A stretch of DNA of 64,000 bases from Balanoglossus misakiensis (taxonomy: Eukaryota > Animalia > Hemichordata), in contig CM082576.2 in assembly GCA_040954595.2 (NCBI GenBank), forward strand, positions 12,589,129 through 12,653,128, written 5' to 3'. Both the position numbers and the translations under genes were made by a program. Positions 38,881 through 53,797 of this stretch are shown here, in pieces (the first letter of the stretch is position 1; the number at the start of each line of letters is the position of its first letter). Under the pieces are notes generated by a model. That model was not told where the DNA came from, did no database searches, and saw nothing but the letters and a program-made list of their open reading frames with translations.

Positions 38881-38899
38881 TGTCGCCCCCTAGTGGCAG
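38881..38899 (-). promoter_or_regulatory. Strong CTCF motif between NAA30 and the RyR promoter
   Basis: Minus strand TGCCACTAGGGGGCGACA, a near-consensus CTCF core. Confidence 0.7.
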
Positions 38900-40025
38900 A
38901 ATGGAATAGTTAGTTTAGCAGACGACAGCTAGCCGAGGTTCAAACAGGTACGCGTGTGCGTTGGCGTAAATTAAATGTAATTTATACTTCGTAAATGATC
39001 TTTGAACAGTATATAGAGAATTATTCAACCTTTTTATATAGCAATGTTTTAAATAACAATTAGTTAACCTTTTAGCAAGGGATATTCACATAAGTTTGCC
39101 ACACGCGACTCTGACATAAATATGCCTGAAGTAAATGGCTGAAGTTTTGTCGTCTGTCACCTAAGATGAAATCTTAAGAAAACACCCTGGAAAATACCGA
39201 GACTTCTTGTAACCCAAACATGCATTTGAATGACTCTAAACTAGAGGATTACAAAACCGCTTGAAAAATTTCTTCAACAAATAAGTACGGGGAAATGATT
39301 AACAGATTAAGGTTGCCATGGTGATAAAATTTCATTCTTTCACTGGTGACTCTGTAAACTTCCCTCGGGGAACCCCAGGGTGTAGGACCTAAACCAAGTT
39401 GTAAACGTTGACAAGAAGATAAAAATACGCAGGAGGGCGCGGCGATTCTGCTTGTGTTCCCAGTTTTCTAATGGGATCGGAACGTCGTCTGCCTAGAAAT
39501 TTCCTGAGTATAGACATCATGGATGCAGTTACTTTCATTATCACCACTCCACCCGATAGGTGACTTCATTAGCAGTTTTTTGCTTAACAGTAGGTTTCCT
39601 GACAATGCTTTTTACCAGCCTAACAAAAGGAGCAAAAACACTCAATAATGACATATATTATTATGTTGTGTTTGTTTTTTGAGAAACCCGAGTTAGGGTT
39701 AATGAGCGCGTGTGTTCTCTTGTAGGGATGATGGCCAACAAATGGAACAGCTGTAAATACATAGTTATCTGCGGGGCGGTCTGGCATAGAGCGATTGATT
39801 GCTGTGGGTAGCCTGAGTTCATGTCGCATCACAGAACAACTCGCTCGCAAGATTCACGTCTAAACAGCTCCAGCTCCATGGAGATAGATGGAAGGTAGTC
39901 TGATGTGGACGTTAGTCACTATTAATTTATTTTTGACGTAAGAGTGAATCCACTCTGTACTCGATCTTTACCTGCAAGATCAAGTTTTAAAGAGAAATCC
40001 GCAGAGAGTGTGATAAAACCTCAAC

Positions 40026-40094
40026 ATGGCGAGTTCTACGCATACGGATGATATTGAAAGACAAGATGAAGATGAAGTGTCATTTCTTCGCACG
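40026..40094 (+). CDS. RyR: Ryanodine receptor, first coding exon (gene continues beyond window)
   Basis: aacATGG Kozak context; MASSTHTDDIERQDEDEVSFLRT followed by a phase-0 GTAAGT donor. Matches the RyR N-terminus (vertebrate EDEVQFLRT, insect DDVSFLRT), whose exon 1 ends after FLRT. Too short to appear in the ORF track. Confidence 0.85.
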
Positions 40095-42347
40095 GTAAGT
40101 GGATGTATGTGGAGGTAGCGTCTTTGCAGGGTCGCGCATCTCAGATTTGCTTGAGACTTGTACTCCTCTTTTGTTTTACGTTGACGTGGGTGGATGAGAG
40201 GACGTGAGATGCGGAGAGCGTAGTGACTTTGCTGAGGAATATAAACAGGAATTCATGGCGTGTACGTGTGCGCGTTCCAGGGTCGTTCATCGTCTTTTAT
40301 CCGAAGCGTGTATAATATTGAAAATGGCACACACACTGGTTACAGGTTGTCAATTCAATCGGGGAAAATGGGACTGTTTTAATAATGGATCGTGACGCTG
40401 ACGAATGCATGATGATCAGGGAGATGGGCACACGTACGCACAGGCTGCGATTACAGACTAAGTCTTGCTTGCCAAAGATGGCGGACATTCCTTGCATAGT
40501 TTTCTTCTGCTGGAGATGTTCTCTAAGATGCGTATCTCAGGTCGAGCCATGTTAGAAGCGAAACCCCGATAGCTGTTAGCACCAGTTCCATTCAGCGTCT
40601 GTTATAATGCATCGTTATTAAAGAATCACATCCGATGGCTTGTCCACACCCATCATCGTGTAACTTAGGAGGATGCTTTTCCCGGACAGGGTTTTCATCC
40701 AGACTGTGTTATTTATACGCGCATGCATGAGAAGGAATGAAAGAGAAACGAATACTACTATGCAGTCGATAAAAAATTTCTCAACCGGCCTCATTAGATA
40801 TATGAACGAACAGCCATCTGTCAGAATATTGGAGTGAGCCCCGCATGTATAATACAATACCACTGTCCCTGATGTAAACTACCATATTTTTATCCTTGCA
40901 TCACCATGTACATGTGTATTAGATTTAACATCAGTGTACATTTCTCTTTGGAGGCCAAGCCTATATATAGCAGCATGTGCGCAGTGCTGCCATATATATA
41001 TATTCAAATGACATATGTTAGATTCACCATTAAAATGAAAGTGATGATACAGGGGAGAGGCCCGTGTAGGATATTTCCTGAGGAAATGCAACATGTTGTG
41101 TACTGAAAGTGCCCATGAATGCACTGAGGAATGGTGTACTACACACCATATTAATTCATTTCTTCTTGAACAAATACTGCATACAAAAATGGCCCCGGGT
41201 TGAATGGATATTTAATTGGATATACATGTACTTGAGGATGAAATATAATATCCTATGAATCGTATGATACAGTCAGTGTTCATGTGTGTGAAATCATCTG
41301 ATGCAGGGAAGATGAGACAAAAAATCGTATGCCCATTTCCCTAAGCCTTGTCTTCATTTGGGAAAGTAAAACAACTACTGTACATTGCATTATATTATCA
41401 TGTGTTCATTTGATCTGGCAATGTGGAGTTATATTTAAAAGTTATATAATTTGCAACAGCATTTGTACATGCGTTTAAACATTAAATTATATTGGGATGG
41501 CTTTAATAGATTGTGATAGTATTATGCATGCAGCTTGTGTCTGTCTGTATGTTTTAAAGTTTGAAAGAGTATATTATAATACATTGTAATCCAAATTTAA
41601 TTTTGTACTATATTCAAGGACACTTTCCACATTAACGCAGCACTCTCTGTTTTGTAAAATTTATTATGAACTCTCAGAGTAGGGTTGAGAACATTGCCCG
41701 TACCAAAATGTTTCTTTTCCAAAAACAGAATTTAGGTTGGACACCGTAATTCATACTTCTCCAGAAGAATCCTCAAAAAGTGGTCGATGAGGAAAAGCAG
41801 TCGTTTCTTTTTGTTGCCGGCTACCAGTAGTAACAGTCACCAGGTTTTTATGCCCAGTGATCTAGCTTATATTGGGGTGTTTTGTGATGGTGGACAGAAA
41901 TCCAGTGTAAATACTCTGCTCAAATGCTGGTGCGATACTTTTGTAAGAGGATTCTTATTTATATTGTAATAAGGGATTAGGGTGATTCAACCCCCTTGTT
42001 GGTCACTGGCATAACCTCCAGGTTTACTTTTTCTTTTTGAACACTGAGCTGTGAAAACAATGTAGCGAGGAATCAGGTGTGAGTAACGTTGATATACTGG
42101 AAGTGCTGTCAATTCTTTGCTGGCAAATGTATGTCGGTGTTTTCTGGTCTCACCAACCTTGCATTGATTTACATTGTTGTGATCAGTCTGAGGGTTGTTT
42201 GGTCTGCAAGTTCAGGTTTCAAGTGAAAGTGATTGGCCTCATTCCTGTGACTTAATGCTATTGTCTGGCATTGTCATTCTGGAATATCTGAAACCATGAT
42301 ATGTGGAGCTTTAAAACCAAATGATGATGATAATTAAAGACAGTGGC

Positions 42348-42348
42348 A

Positions 42349-42397
<49 letters not shown>
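42348..42397. repeat. (GAT)n microsatellite
   Basis: About 16 GAT units. Confidence 0.95.
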
Positions 42398-45300
42398 CAA
42401 CCTGAAGACACAATGATAATTCAGTACTTGATGATATGATTTGAACATTGAATTAAACTGCCAATCAAATGGTGAACTTCATTGGAATTGTACTAAAAAG
42501 AGAGGTTTTCAGATGAATGTTAATGAATCTGATACTGCATCTGTTGGGTCAAGAGGTCAAACATAGTGATTGGATCCCAGTGGTGCCAGGTGCTACTGTA
42601 AACAAATTCGAAATAAAATCCAAGCCTCCACATCCCTAGTAATGTCAAATTTTTAACTTTCTGTGGTGTCAAATTTTCAGTAGCATTGGAGTATGTTAAT
42701 TAATGGTGCAATAGCACTGCTCGTTGTATATATTATGTGCAACCAGCTTAGCTCTGTTGTGTCATTTGAAACATCAGTTTGGATTACACATTTGCAATAT
42801 GTGCGCAAAGTCTAAGGCCTGCTAAGAGAGCTTGGAGAGAACAGATGGAAATGACAGAAATTAATTTCATCTGTTGCGGGACAGCTGTTGCAGTCTCTCA
42901 CCATGTCAGACACTGTTGAGGTCACATTCATGGTCTTTTGTAGTAAACATAGCAGTTTTATATCAGTATACATGTATTACCATTTTATGTTAAGTATCGT
43001 CTTCCATTTCAAAATGTACCCATCAAATTGCTAGCAATGGAACACTGGTAACTCATTAACCTGGCAGGTCATTTTCATGCTATTTGAAAAAAAAAAAAAT
43101 AATGATGATATGAATATACATATTCAACTTTTTAATGGAACACTTTATTTCACAGTGGTCATTCAGTACTGAATGATGCAACTGACCAACTAATCAACAC
43201 TTTAAAGCGTTTAAATCCAAAATACTAAAAAATAATGACTATTTCATAATCAGTTTTCTTAATTAATTATATAGACATATTCACATGATATTCAGATGAT
43301 AAATGATTACTTCCCTTAATGATTACTTCCCTGAACCAATAATGTCATTAGTATTGATCTTTGCCAAATTTGAAAATAATAATTAATATGGTCAATTATT
43401 ACTAGTTAGTAAAACAAACACAAATTCCTATTCAGGGAAACACCACATGGCAGTGTAAGGTCATTGTGTATATATAGTAAAGCACTGTTCACTTTTCCAA
43501 AGTGGTACTTTTCTGCCATGCCAAATATATAGAATGTACCTTGTATGAAAACCATATGTCCTATTCGCCATATATATATTGCATTTCACAAATACTGTAA
43601 ATAATTCATGAATAAGTTCATATACAAATCTGAAAATTCCATAAATAGATAAGAACACTGTGTGTCTGTTATTCTAGTCAATCTTTCTTTTCTGCTGTTC
43701 TGAAGATTTTTTTACCTTTGTGTAAAATGTGGATATTGTGTATATTTGTACAAGCTTCTACAGACATTTCCAAATTGGTACTTTTATCATATTATGCCGT
43801 GTTGCGTGTTGCTTTATTTATAGATATTAATGACTGTTTGAACCCTGAGAAGGTAAAATATGATTGATAAACACTGTTTATGAATTGGGAAAGCATAAAA
43901 AAAAACACAGAATGCCATGAAAATTTGATATCCATAGAAACCACACGTGTCCCCCCAGCATGACTTGCATATAGTCCTGCACAGATGGAATACAAATTGA
44001 AATTTATTTCTCCAAATTTACATGGGAAAACATGATGCTGACAAGAATGAAAGTGAAAACATCATTTCTTGTCCAAGTGAAAGGTGAAATATTTTTCTGT
44101 TTCAATGTTCGCCTGTAGAGTTTTCAGGTTCACTGTAACACAAATTTAGTTGACATGATCGTTGAAATGCGAATCCACGTATTATTCAGAGGTGACGTTG
44201 CCATGGAAACAGACCTTTTTTATGGCCACCTAACTACCAGTAGCTCGTGCAGAGCTGTAAAAGAAAATCTAAAATTGTTAATGAGCTTTCAGAAATGTAC
44301 CAGCCCACCAGCTGAATACAGTAAAAGCTTTCCGCGATGAATTAAGAATTGGAAAGTCGTTTCATGGTCAAGTAGCTGGTGATGATACTCTCAAATATGG
44401 TTTCAATCATCAAACAGTGAGGTTGGATTACTACAGAAAGGTTCTGTCCAAAATTTCATGTGTCTGGCAGGGAACACAACACATCATAAAGGTTTAATTA
44501 CAGGTCACTTGAATATTCAAGAATTATTTGAATTACATCACACGGTAACATATGGGTACCGGGTGATGTGGTTTTGCATAACCAACAAGTGCAATACCTG
44601 ATGCTGATGCAGTGAATACTGAGCAGTGTTTTCCAGAGTTTGTGTAGAAATCTCTGCCATACATACACTCTAAGCAATATCCTCTCTCAACTTTCTCTGA
44701 ATTTTTTGTCAATTTAACCAAATTCTGGTGGAATTATAATTAATGCAATTGAGGAAAATGAAAATAAGTATGCTTTGTAGAAAACTCACCATATAAACCC
44801 TGCCAAAATTTCATAAAGATACAAAATGGATACTCGTCAATTAAAGATGAGTGCTACTTGTACAGATAGCCTAATCCATGTAAGAGAGCTCTGAATAGGA
44901 ATATCTCATATATTAATTTAGTGGGTACATTTGCATATCACTTAATATCAGTAGCATCACTGGTCAACATTTGTATAGATAAAGCCTGTATAAGAAAATA
45001 AAGAAAACTGCCTTCTTAGTGACAATTGCCTAGCAATTTCAGTTATTTAGTATTTCCGTTCATAAACATTAATTATTACCTTAATATAATATCATCAGAT
45101 AATTTGTATGAATCTGCCATATTTTATGAATGGACGGCCAACAGCCTGTTGTTTGATATTGTCACTTTCAACAATAGCCTGTTATTCATAACAATAGCCA
45201 ATGTATGTTAATCTGTTATCTGAACAACAAGCAGTTTAGCACAGTAATGTGATATGACCATATCAACATATTCTGTTATTTTAATATGCATCCTTTCATG

Positions 45301-48300
45301 TATCAGAGTTTATCATAAATATTTTACAAATAAAATACAGACAGTGAGTTTCGATTTGTGAAATATTATCTAAACTGTTTCAGAAGTCCACAGGAGTGAT
45401 GCTTTTTCATTCAGTAGGTTACATGAATTGAAATCATATCATTCTGGCATCCTTCGGTAATATTAGTACTTTGCCCGTGCAGATGCTGCCCACGTAATTC
45501 ATCATCAGTGATAAATAATGAAGGTTACTGATGCACTATGAAAGACAATGCTTCAGGCATATGTCTATTTTCAATCGCTATTCTTATGCACCAGACTCTT
45601 AACGTTACGTGTATTACAAAAATCATATACGAAACATGATTTATCTTTTTTGTGTTTTTTTGCCCTGCTTTATGGGCATGAGGGGAAAAATGAAATGTTC
45701 TGGTACACACAGATGCAGTTATGTTCATCAGAGGCATATTTTAACACGATTTCATATTCATAATTGCAAATGCTAGAACAAACATATTCCCCACTGCCTA
45801 AAATAGGTTTCTGCTACCCAGGTGAGTGATAAAAAATCTCGTGGTTGACAGAATTTCAAGATGGCGGATTTCATAAATGGAATTTCATAAATGAAATGAA
45901 TATGGGGTCATACTGACATTTTGTGGCAAGAAATATCAAAATGTGCTGAATAAATAAGCTGAATGAGTTCTCATGCTAATTTATACAAACAGAACTATTA
46001 GTCACAAAGAAGTAATGAAATACAGGTAGCAAGGCATCTCTTCAAACTTATTGCGTTGTTGACTTTTTACCCACAATGCAATTACAATGTACTTCAACCC
46101 CCCTAGCACGAAGTAAAATATTTTTACGATAGAAAAGGTGGTACTTAAGAAAAAGGCATGTGAAAGGATGAGTTTATGTATCAGGTACTTTTAATCTTGG
46201 AAAAAGTATAGTTTGAGTCACCTGTTTTCAGAACTTGTTCAAACTGAGAATTCGAAATGCGGTTATCTTCTCTTCTCATCATGATCTTCATCACCAGCAT
46301 AATTGATGTCAACATTTCTTGAAATCCCAGACAATACATTCAGTCATGCTGCAGGGGCCATGGAGAAGGGATAGTTCACATTAATTGGTGTCTCCTGAGT
46401 TTATAATAAAGTGACTGAAATGTGTGCGTAAATCATGAGCACCGAAATTCTCATTATCATGGGCAGATGTTTTAGCATTTGAATTGTATTTCAAAATTGT
46501 GATTTATTACGCTTTTGGAATGATAAACCGTCGCTCTCATGTGGGTCCCTGGACTCATTTCATCTTCATGTAGGTTATTGGAACTCCAGGCCCTCTCATC
46601 AATAGAGGATTGCTGAACTACCGTAATATAGCCGTCAACCGACCGGGGTTTTTTGGCTCAAATTACAAACCCTGGAAATGAAAATAAAAACTTGAAGTTG
46701 AATCAAGCCCAGAGGGTATCACTGAAGAAGGATGCTTCACGTGAAGTTATCTCAGGTTTAATATTTCAAACATTAAATATGGATATTTGTATATCACATG
46801 AGGGATTTAGGCAGTGGGGAATGCACAAGGTATCTTTGGCTGATTTGGGGGTCATCGTATAAAAGCTACAGAGAATGGGCTGAATCCAGCAGGCAGAATA
46901 TGAATCGCTGTGTGGGGATCCTTGCCTTGACTGGAATAAGAAGCACCTGGCTCCTTGAAGGAAGCATTACAGTTCAAGGCTGACTCAAGGTACTTGAATG
47001 TATATGTTGTGGGGTTTACCAGTGACTGTATCTCATTCTCATAGGAAGTAGAGGGTTTCTTATAACTGGGGTCATATACGTGTACTTTCATGGGTGGTTT
47101 CACTGGTCTGCAGCTTTACACAAGAAGGAAAGTGTAAGATGGCAGCAATGCTAGATTAAGCATATTGGGAATAGACGGCATATGATCGTCAATTATTAAG
47201 CTCCACTTCGCAACAGTTTCACATTCTGGTGGCTCCTAAAATTGGGTCATATATTGCCTAATTATTGTGTAACCAATCACAGTGCACGGTGTCTGTTTCA
47301 TAAGAAGATGCAATGCTGTGTGGCTAATGGTGGTTCATGTCAAGTTCACATTGAAGGTACATTGCACTAGAGATGTCACGAGTAGTGAGTCTGTCGTTTG
47401 AAATATTCAATTGGAAAGGGAAGTTAACTATTTGCAAGTACTCGAAAGAAAAGAGGCAAATTAAATTGCTGGGTATATTGCCATGCACCGTACTTGATTT
47501 TGGTTTGCTCTGTTACTTAGAAACATCAAGATGGCAAAGTACGAGATCTCTATTAGTGTTGCAGTTGGGAAATGGAGTCTGTTCAAGGTTGACTGCTGTG
47601 ACCCCAGTGACATGAAGCACGGACTCACTGATTAGTCTGTACCCACATCTGTGAAGTGGAAAACTCCGGTGGTTGTTTCCGGATGGTTAACTGTTGCCGG
47701 AGTTGCCTTTATGCAAATAAACATCTCTTTTGATGAGAACTTTCCAATTGGTGCCGCAGTGTCACCAAGATACATCAACTGCGCTAAAATGCATGTACAT
47801 GTTTGCAGTCTTTTCAGCCAGTTGGTAATGCGCATTGATTGGCCACAATCAAATCTCCGTTGTAAGACTTAAATATTTGCTCGCGAAAAAATGCGGGCGA
47901 AATTGCCGAGTAAAGTGCATCGCTCGCTCCCAGTACAACTTGAGTATCCCTAGATTCTGTGTTTGTTCCAGTCAAGCCAGAAAAATCCTGTTTTAACTGA
48001 ACTGGTAATGTTGCTTCTGCAGCAAATGGAATTTGAAGAACAGTGAAACTCAGTCAACTTTATCTGTATCAGTGTTTTTCATTCGGCGAACAGATTTCTG
48101 GTGATAGCAACTCATCCCAAACTTTTAGTCCAGATTTTTAGTGCGACTTTCTGGAATCATAATAGGCCATCACCTGGCGTGTAATCAGTGTTATCCAGTG
48201 TAGTATCCTGATAGTATTTGACACCTGCAATCTATTGGGTTAGCTCAAAGTTGTAATTCTTTTGTTTGCCGCTGCGTAACCCCTGTTTCTTTTGTCTTAA

Positions 48301-51300
48301 ACACTTTCTTCCCCGGTCTTACAATCCAGATCAGGTTGCACGCCCTGCTGTTGGAAGTGTTTTCCCGAACAATGGAAGGATTACCTGAACATCATGTGCC
48401 TCTGTAACTCTTTTGTTGGCTTTGAAAGATTCCAGCTCTGTTACGGTGCTGTGTAAACTTTCTCAAAGCGTTAGGTTTGCCAACTGCGATGGCTTTAACT
48501 TGGCTGGGATGTAAATCTCAGCTGTAAATATATTCACTTCAAAAGAAGTATGCAACTGTGTGGATATTACTGTGTTTTGTCATCGAGTGATTGACATTTT
48601 TTTGTGATGCCCTGGAGCATGTTAGTAATATTCTCTTGAGAGACGCCTTGATTTTCGAGAGAGAAAAATGAGGTCATGGCACTTGATTCCCAGGCACAGT
48701 GAAGGATGCAACAAATGGAAATTGAGTTTCAAGTGGATCCAACACTTCAATGTCTTACTTGAATGTGACATCAACATCAAGCTGATAAAAAAAAACACTT
48801 CTCTTTTTTCAAATAAATTGGTTGGGTTAGCGATTACGATAGTGCAGTTTTGAACAAAGTGACTGATCAGTGAGCCACTGTGAGTATCTGGAAAGCATAG
48901 CCAGTTGTTTTTATTTAACTTCTTAGTTATTTCTTGTTGTAACTTGTGTTTGAAGACGTTACATAAACCTGGCCTCTCTGAATGGTGGTGAAGCCTAAAC
49001 TTCTCTCATGAATAACACTTGAAGATTATTTTGTGAGTCACCTTGGTCACATGTCAGGAATTTTCAAAGGTTCTCCTGTTTGTTTACTCCTTCTTCCCTC
49101 CAGGACAATGCTGGGTCATGTTTTCTGCCAGATTCTCTGCATATACTTCTGCTGAGTTCAAACCGGCCGTGTGTTTGTTCGCATTCCCTCCATGATTGCA
49201 GTTCATGCAACGTTTTCTAACCTTCCAGGGGGAAAACATCCAGCAACAGCTGGCAGCATCACAATGCAGTATGACAAGAATGCAGACTTGAAAAATTTGA
49301 GGGCCTTCACTGATGCCAAGATATGGCAGGCATGAAAGGTCAAAGGTGAAAGGCAACGTAATTCAGCGGGAAATGCTAAATTTCAAATATCGAAAAGCAC
49401 TGCAGGTTGTTTTCGTAAAATTCGTGTGCCATGTCAGAATAAAATTTTCGTCTAAAATTGACTTGCTATTGTAATAATTTTTTGTGTCCTGCCTGCCCGT
49501 GGAAGATAAATGGGAGAGCTGATGTAATAACTGGTTAAAACATTTAAAAAGGCACCGTTGTTGAAAATTAATTTTCAAATCAGTCAGTCGTACAGTTGGA
49601 GGGTTTTACTTTTTGAAAGTGAGGCACTCATCTGTAAATAGACTCCCATATGAATTGGCAAGACCAGGCTGGACCACCATCAGAATGTGACTGAATTTTA
49701 TATTTATAAGTGGCTAAGAATGATGGCCGAGCGTGTTGGTAATTGAAGAGCAGTACGTGATCAAGTTTTTACTGTGGCAGTGGGTGGGCGTATTAATAAA
49801 TTTTGCGATTTGCAATAAAACAATAATCATAAAATATGATTTCATTGCAGATATCATCGAGCATACTATCCGTTCATTGTGTATATCATACTGAATCATA
49901 ACCATAGTATTTTAAAAACAGATATACCCATCTGTGAATTTACCCGATTCGGTTTTCATGGCAAATGATTTGTCATCATTAGAGTTGTAACTTTAGCCTT
50001 CTGAAGGGGAGGTATACTGATGGGCAGAATTACATAAATGGAGTGTTGTGGAGAATTCCTGGAAGAAGCTGGTAAAATGAGAAACTGAAAATCTTAAAGT
50101 GGCTGAATTCCCCCCCCCCAAAGCTATTATACCAGTCTGTACTGAAATCAGTAAACGTTCCAAGTCTTCCCACAGTTTTCTATCATTCCTTGTTGTCTGT
50201 ATGCCTTGCTTGTCAACCCATGCTGCATCATTTGTACGAGTCCCCATCTCTACGTCGCATATACACTCCATCACTCCCTGCAAACACTCCCACACGTTTT
50301 CTGTGTGTGTTTATCCAGCAAACTACTCAGCACGTTTTATCTCCTGTTGTTCATCTAGGTGGATCCTCTCATTTGGCTTGAACCCACTGTCATACTGGAA
50401 TTGCCAAACATGCCTTTCTCAAACTAAAAGCCACAATCAATCTTGTTTCATGTCCTCTAAATCTTCTTATTCCCCAAAAGGTCATGTCTTCGGCCATGTT
50501 GGAAATCCCCCAAGGGACTGTCTGTGTCAAAATACCAGTACCTTTCCCGATAATTCATGTTCAAGTTTGTCATTCTGATATCCTATAAACCGAGCTTTGC
50601 TTTCTGTCTATTCACTCTCACCCAATGTATCTGGTCCCTTAAATATACAAAGAGCTATAGAAGTTTAAAATTAAATTTTTTATAGAATTGTACATTGTTT
50701 CAGTGTAAAAAATTTCTTTCTGAAAACAACCCGGGTATCATTTCTATCAGACTATTTTGTGTGGTATTCTCTCAGAGAATTCATGATACACATTGTAAGC
50801 TGAAAGTTAAAAAAGGGAAATTGTTATTCCGAGGCTGTATCCCTATCCTTGTTGTGTTTGCTGTGAGGGATATTGCAGTGTGACGTTTTCATGTACGTGT
50901 GATGATCAGCCGTGATTAAACAGTGCTTTCACTTAATGCATGCATCAAATTATATTGAGTGAGCGTGCCAACTTTGCTTTCCTTAAGATATATGTTTGCA
51001 GTAAATGGGGGTTTCATGACCCCCGAGTTCTGAGTAGATGCGATTCCGTTACAGGACAGAATGATGACAGTGAAGATGATCTGATATGGGTGTGTCACCA
51101 GTCTGAGATATGCATGGGTGTGTTTATACCGAGCTATGATTGCATGAGCTAAGATTACCTGGCTGTTTGACGAGACATGGGGGAATCCATAATCAGGAAA
51201 ATGGGGGTGGTTTAAAGGGTTAACTTTCTGACATGTTTTGTACTAGGTGTACACGTAGGATGTTTAACAGGAAGATCCTGAAGGCATATTTCTTGATGTC

Positions 51301-53158
51301 AGTTGCAGATGTGAGCAGCGTCACAAGACGCTATCAAGGTTACGCGCTAACCTTTTGTGGCTAAGGGAGCTTCCAGTTATTATTGGGTGAGGGGGTAATT
51401 GGGGACAGTCCATCATGTAAAGTGTAATCCCCTATTTCGCCCGGCCCAACCCCTTGATAGTAACGGAAAGCTCCCTAATTCTCTTGCTGTGGCAGTGAGC
51501 AAGCCGCCAGAGAGAGTTATTGGCTTTGTGGTGCGCAATTAAAGTTCGGTTCAGCAGGGTTTCTTGAGTGTAGCCTTGGGGAAATATTGTGTTTTTGTCA
51601 TGCACTAGGAAAGGAATTGTACATGGTTTGAAGTCACGATGTTTGTGGCAACTGTGACTTGTCCGATGCTTGGCAAATTACGTGTGTGTGAATTCAGCGC
51701 AAGATTTCTTATGAAGGTTGGATGAAGCAAGTCATTGTTTTGTTGTTGTAAGACAGTTTTTGTTTTGCAGACAATTTCCGTTCACACACAAATAACAAAT
51801 GAGTTGGCGCACAAAGATGTCTGTTTACCTGTGAAGTTAATAAGTATTTCTGATGTAGATGTAAGTGTATCATAATTTATGATATCAATTACCGGTATAA
51901 AGTTGTAATGAATCAGTTTAATCTAGTACCTGGGCAGTAAACCTCTCATGGGACTCTATGCTATACGCTCTTTAATGATAATTTATTCAAAATTGAATTG
52001 GCGAACAACTTGCAATGATCTTGAAACCCCAGTGAGTGAGTAAGTCAGTGAGCAAGTGGTTTTGTAAGGTTTATGAAAAGAATATGAACACCATACAATT
52101 GGCAGTCTTTCATCTGAAGTGAGAAAAAATTCCTGATTTTATAATCATTCTGCCGGTTTTCTGGAATAATAAACAGTACGTATTTAACTTCAGGCTATCA
52201 ATTTATTCAATGTTTTGTCATCGCAAACTAGATCAGAGAGTGAAATTTCTCAAGAGTATACCAGTGTACTTTCGAGATATCTCATTTGTATTCACGATGT
52301 GTCCAAAAGCGATGTTTCAATTAATATTTCATGTCCATCTCAATACTGGGAGGATTGCAAAGTGCATCTTCGTGCACCTGCCTACCTTTCTGAGAGGAAG
52401 CCATGATTCCAGGAAATACCTTCCCGACTTCCTGGCCACCTGAAGAGGCTAGCACCGTGTCGTGTAGTATCCATAGCAACAGTACATCTGTTGAATTCAG
52501 ACAATCTCCCAGCACATTAAGGGGAAAAATTTCCATGGTTACTGGTCATGAAGAAGGGAGATGATGGAGAGTAATTTGAGTTAAAGACGCAAAGTTGCTA
52601 CCCTTTTCATAACTTTCCCCTTTCATCACGTCTGGTTCATAACAGTAGGTGTTACATGCATGTTGTTGGGTTTCTGTACTCATTCAAGTCATTGATGATC
52701 AACTTTTAATCACTTCCACCCTACTTGTTCAGACAATAAATAACAAAAAACACAGCTGAAATTAAGTCATGCCAATGCTTGCATCACATTGTAATCAGAT
52801 TTCTCCAAGTTCACATGTTTTTGTTAAATTAAATGAGGACAGAAATATTCCCAAATCGTAACTACAGTCGATAAATTCAAAGATTGAGTATGCATTGAGT
52901 AAAATTGATACATGATGGGAAATTTTGATTGAGTGAATTTAGGAAGCGGGGATGATAAATTGAATTAAATTGTGGACTGGCGTGAACAGAAATCAATATT
53001 GATAGAGAAATGTTGAGCTAGCTTTCAGATATTGAATTAGATTCTGATTGATTGTCTTCATTGTATGATTTTTGCAAAAATGGAAGATGTCATGAATTTT
53101 ATATCGGGAAGATCTGCATAATTTGCTCAGTACAGTTTCATGTTCCATTCCTGTGAGC

Positions 53159-53310
<152 letters not shown>

Positions 53311-53719
53311 TTCAGTATTTGATATTTTCGTTTGTGAATCTTGGCCATTGAAGTCCAAAATTGTCCTGCATCAATCTTCGTAGCTCTGAGAAGTGCGTTA
53401 ACGTATCAGAGAGCTAAGAAAACACAAAATAGATGGACAGTGTGTCGGTGAACCGTAAAAACAAGACTTCAAAAATCAGAGATGTATGAGTCAGTTTGAG
53501 ACTTTCTCAAGAATTCCTTTGTGTTAAGCTCTGTGTCATAACTCATGTATGTGGAAAATGCCGCCATCCCTCAAAGACAACCAGCTGTAAGCAAAATAAA
53601 ATATTCACCATCTCTGTAAAAAATGATTAGGGAGGCATTTCACAAACCATAACTTGTAATTGCCCGTACATAATAGTATGACCTAATATTTCTCCATCCC
53701 TGTTTTACATGTACGTCAT

Positions 53720-53797
53720 CAGTGTAAAATTCACTCTTCGTCATATAGAAAACTTGTACAGTGTAAAATTCACTCTTCGTCATATAGAAAACTTGTA
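53720..53797. repeat. Perfect 39-bp tandem duplication
   Basis: cagtgtaaaattcactcttcgtcatatagaaaacttgta x2. Confidence 0.9.

Noticed and set aside
50940-51152. DDSEDDLIWVC peptide as RyR exon 2
   Set aside because: No downstream CLAAEGFGNR motif and no convincing splice context.
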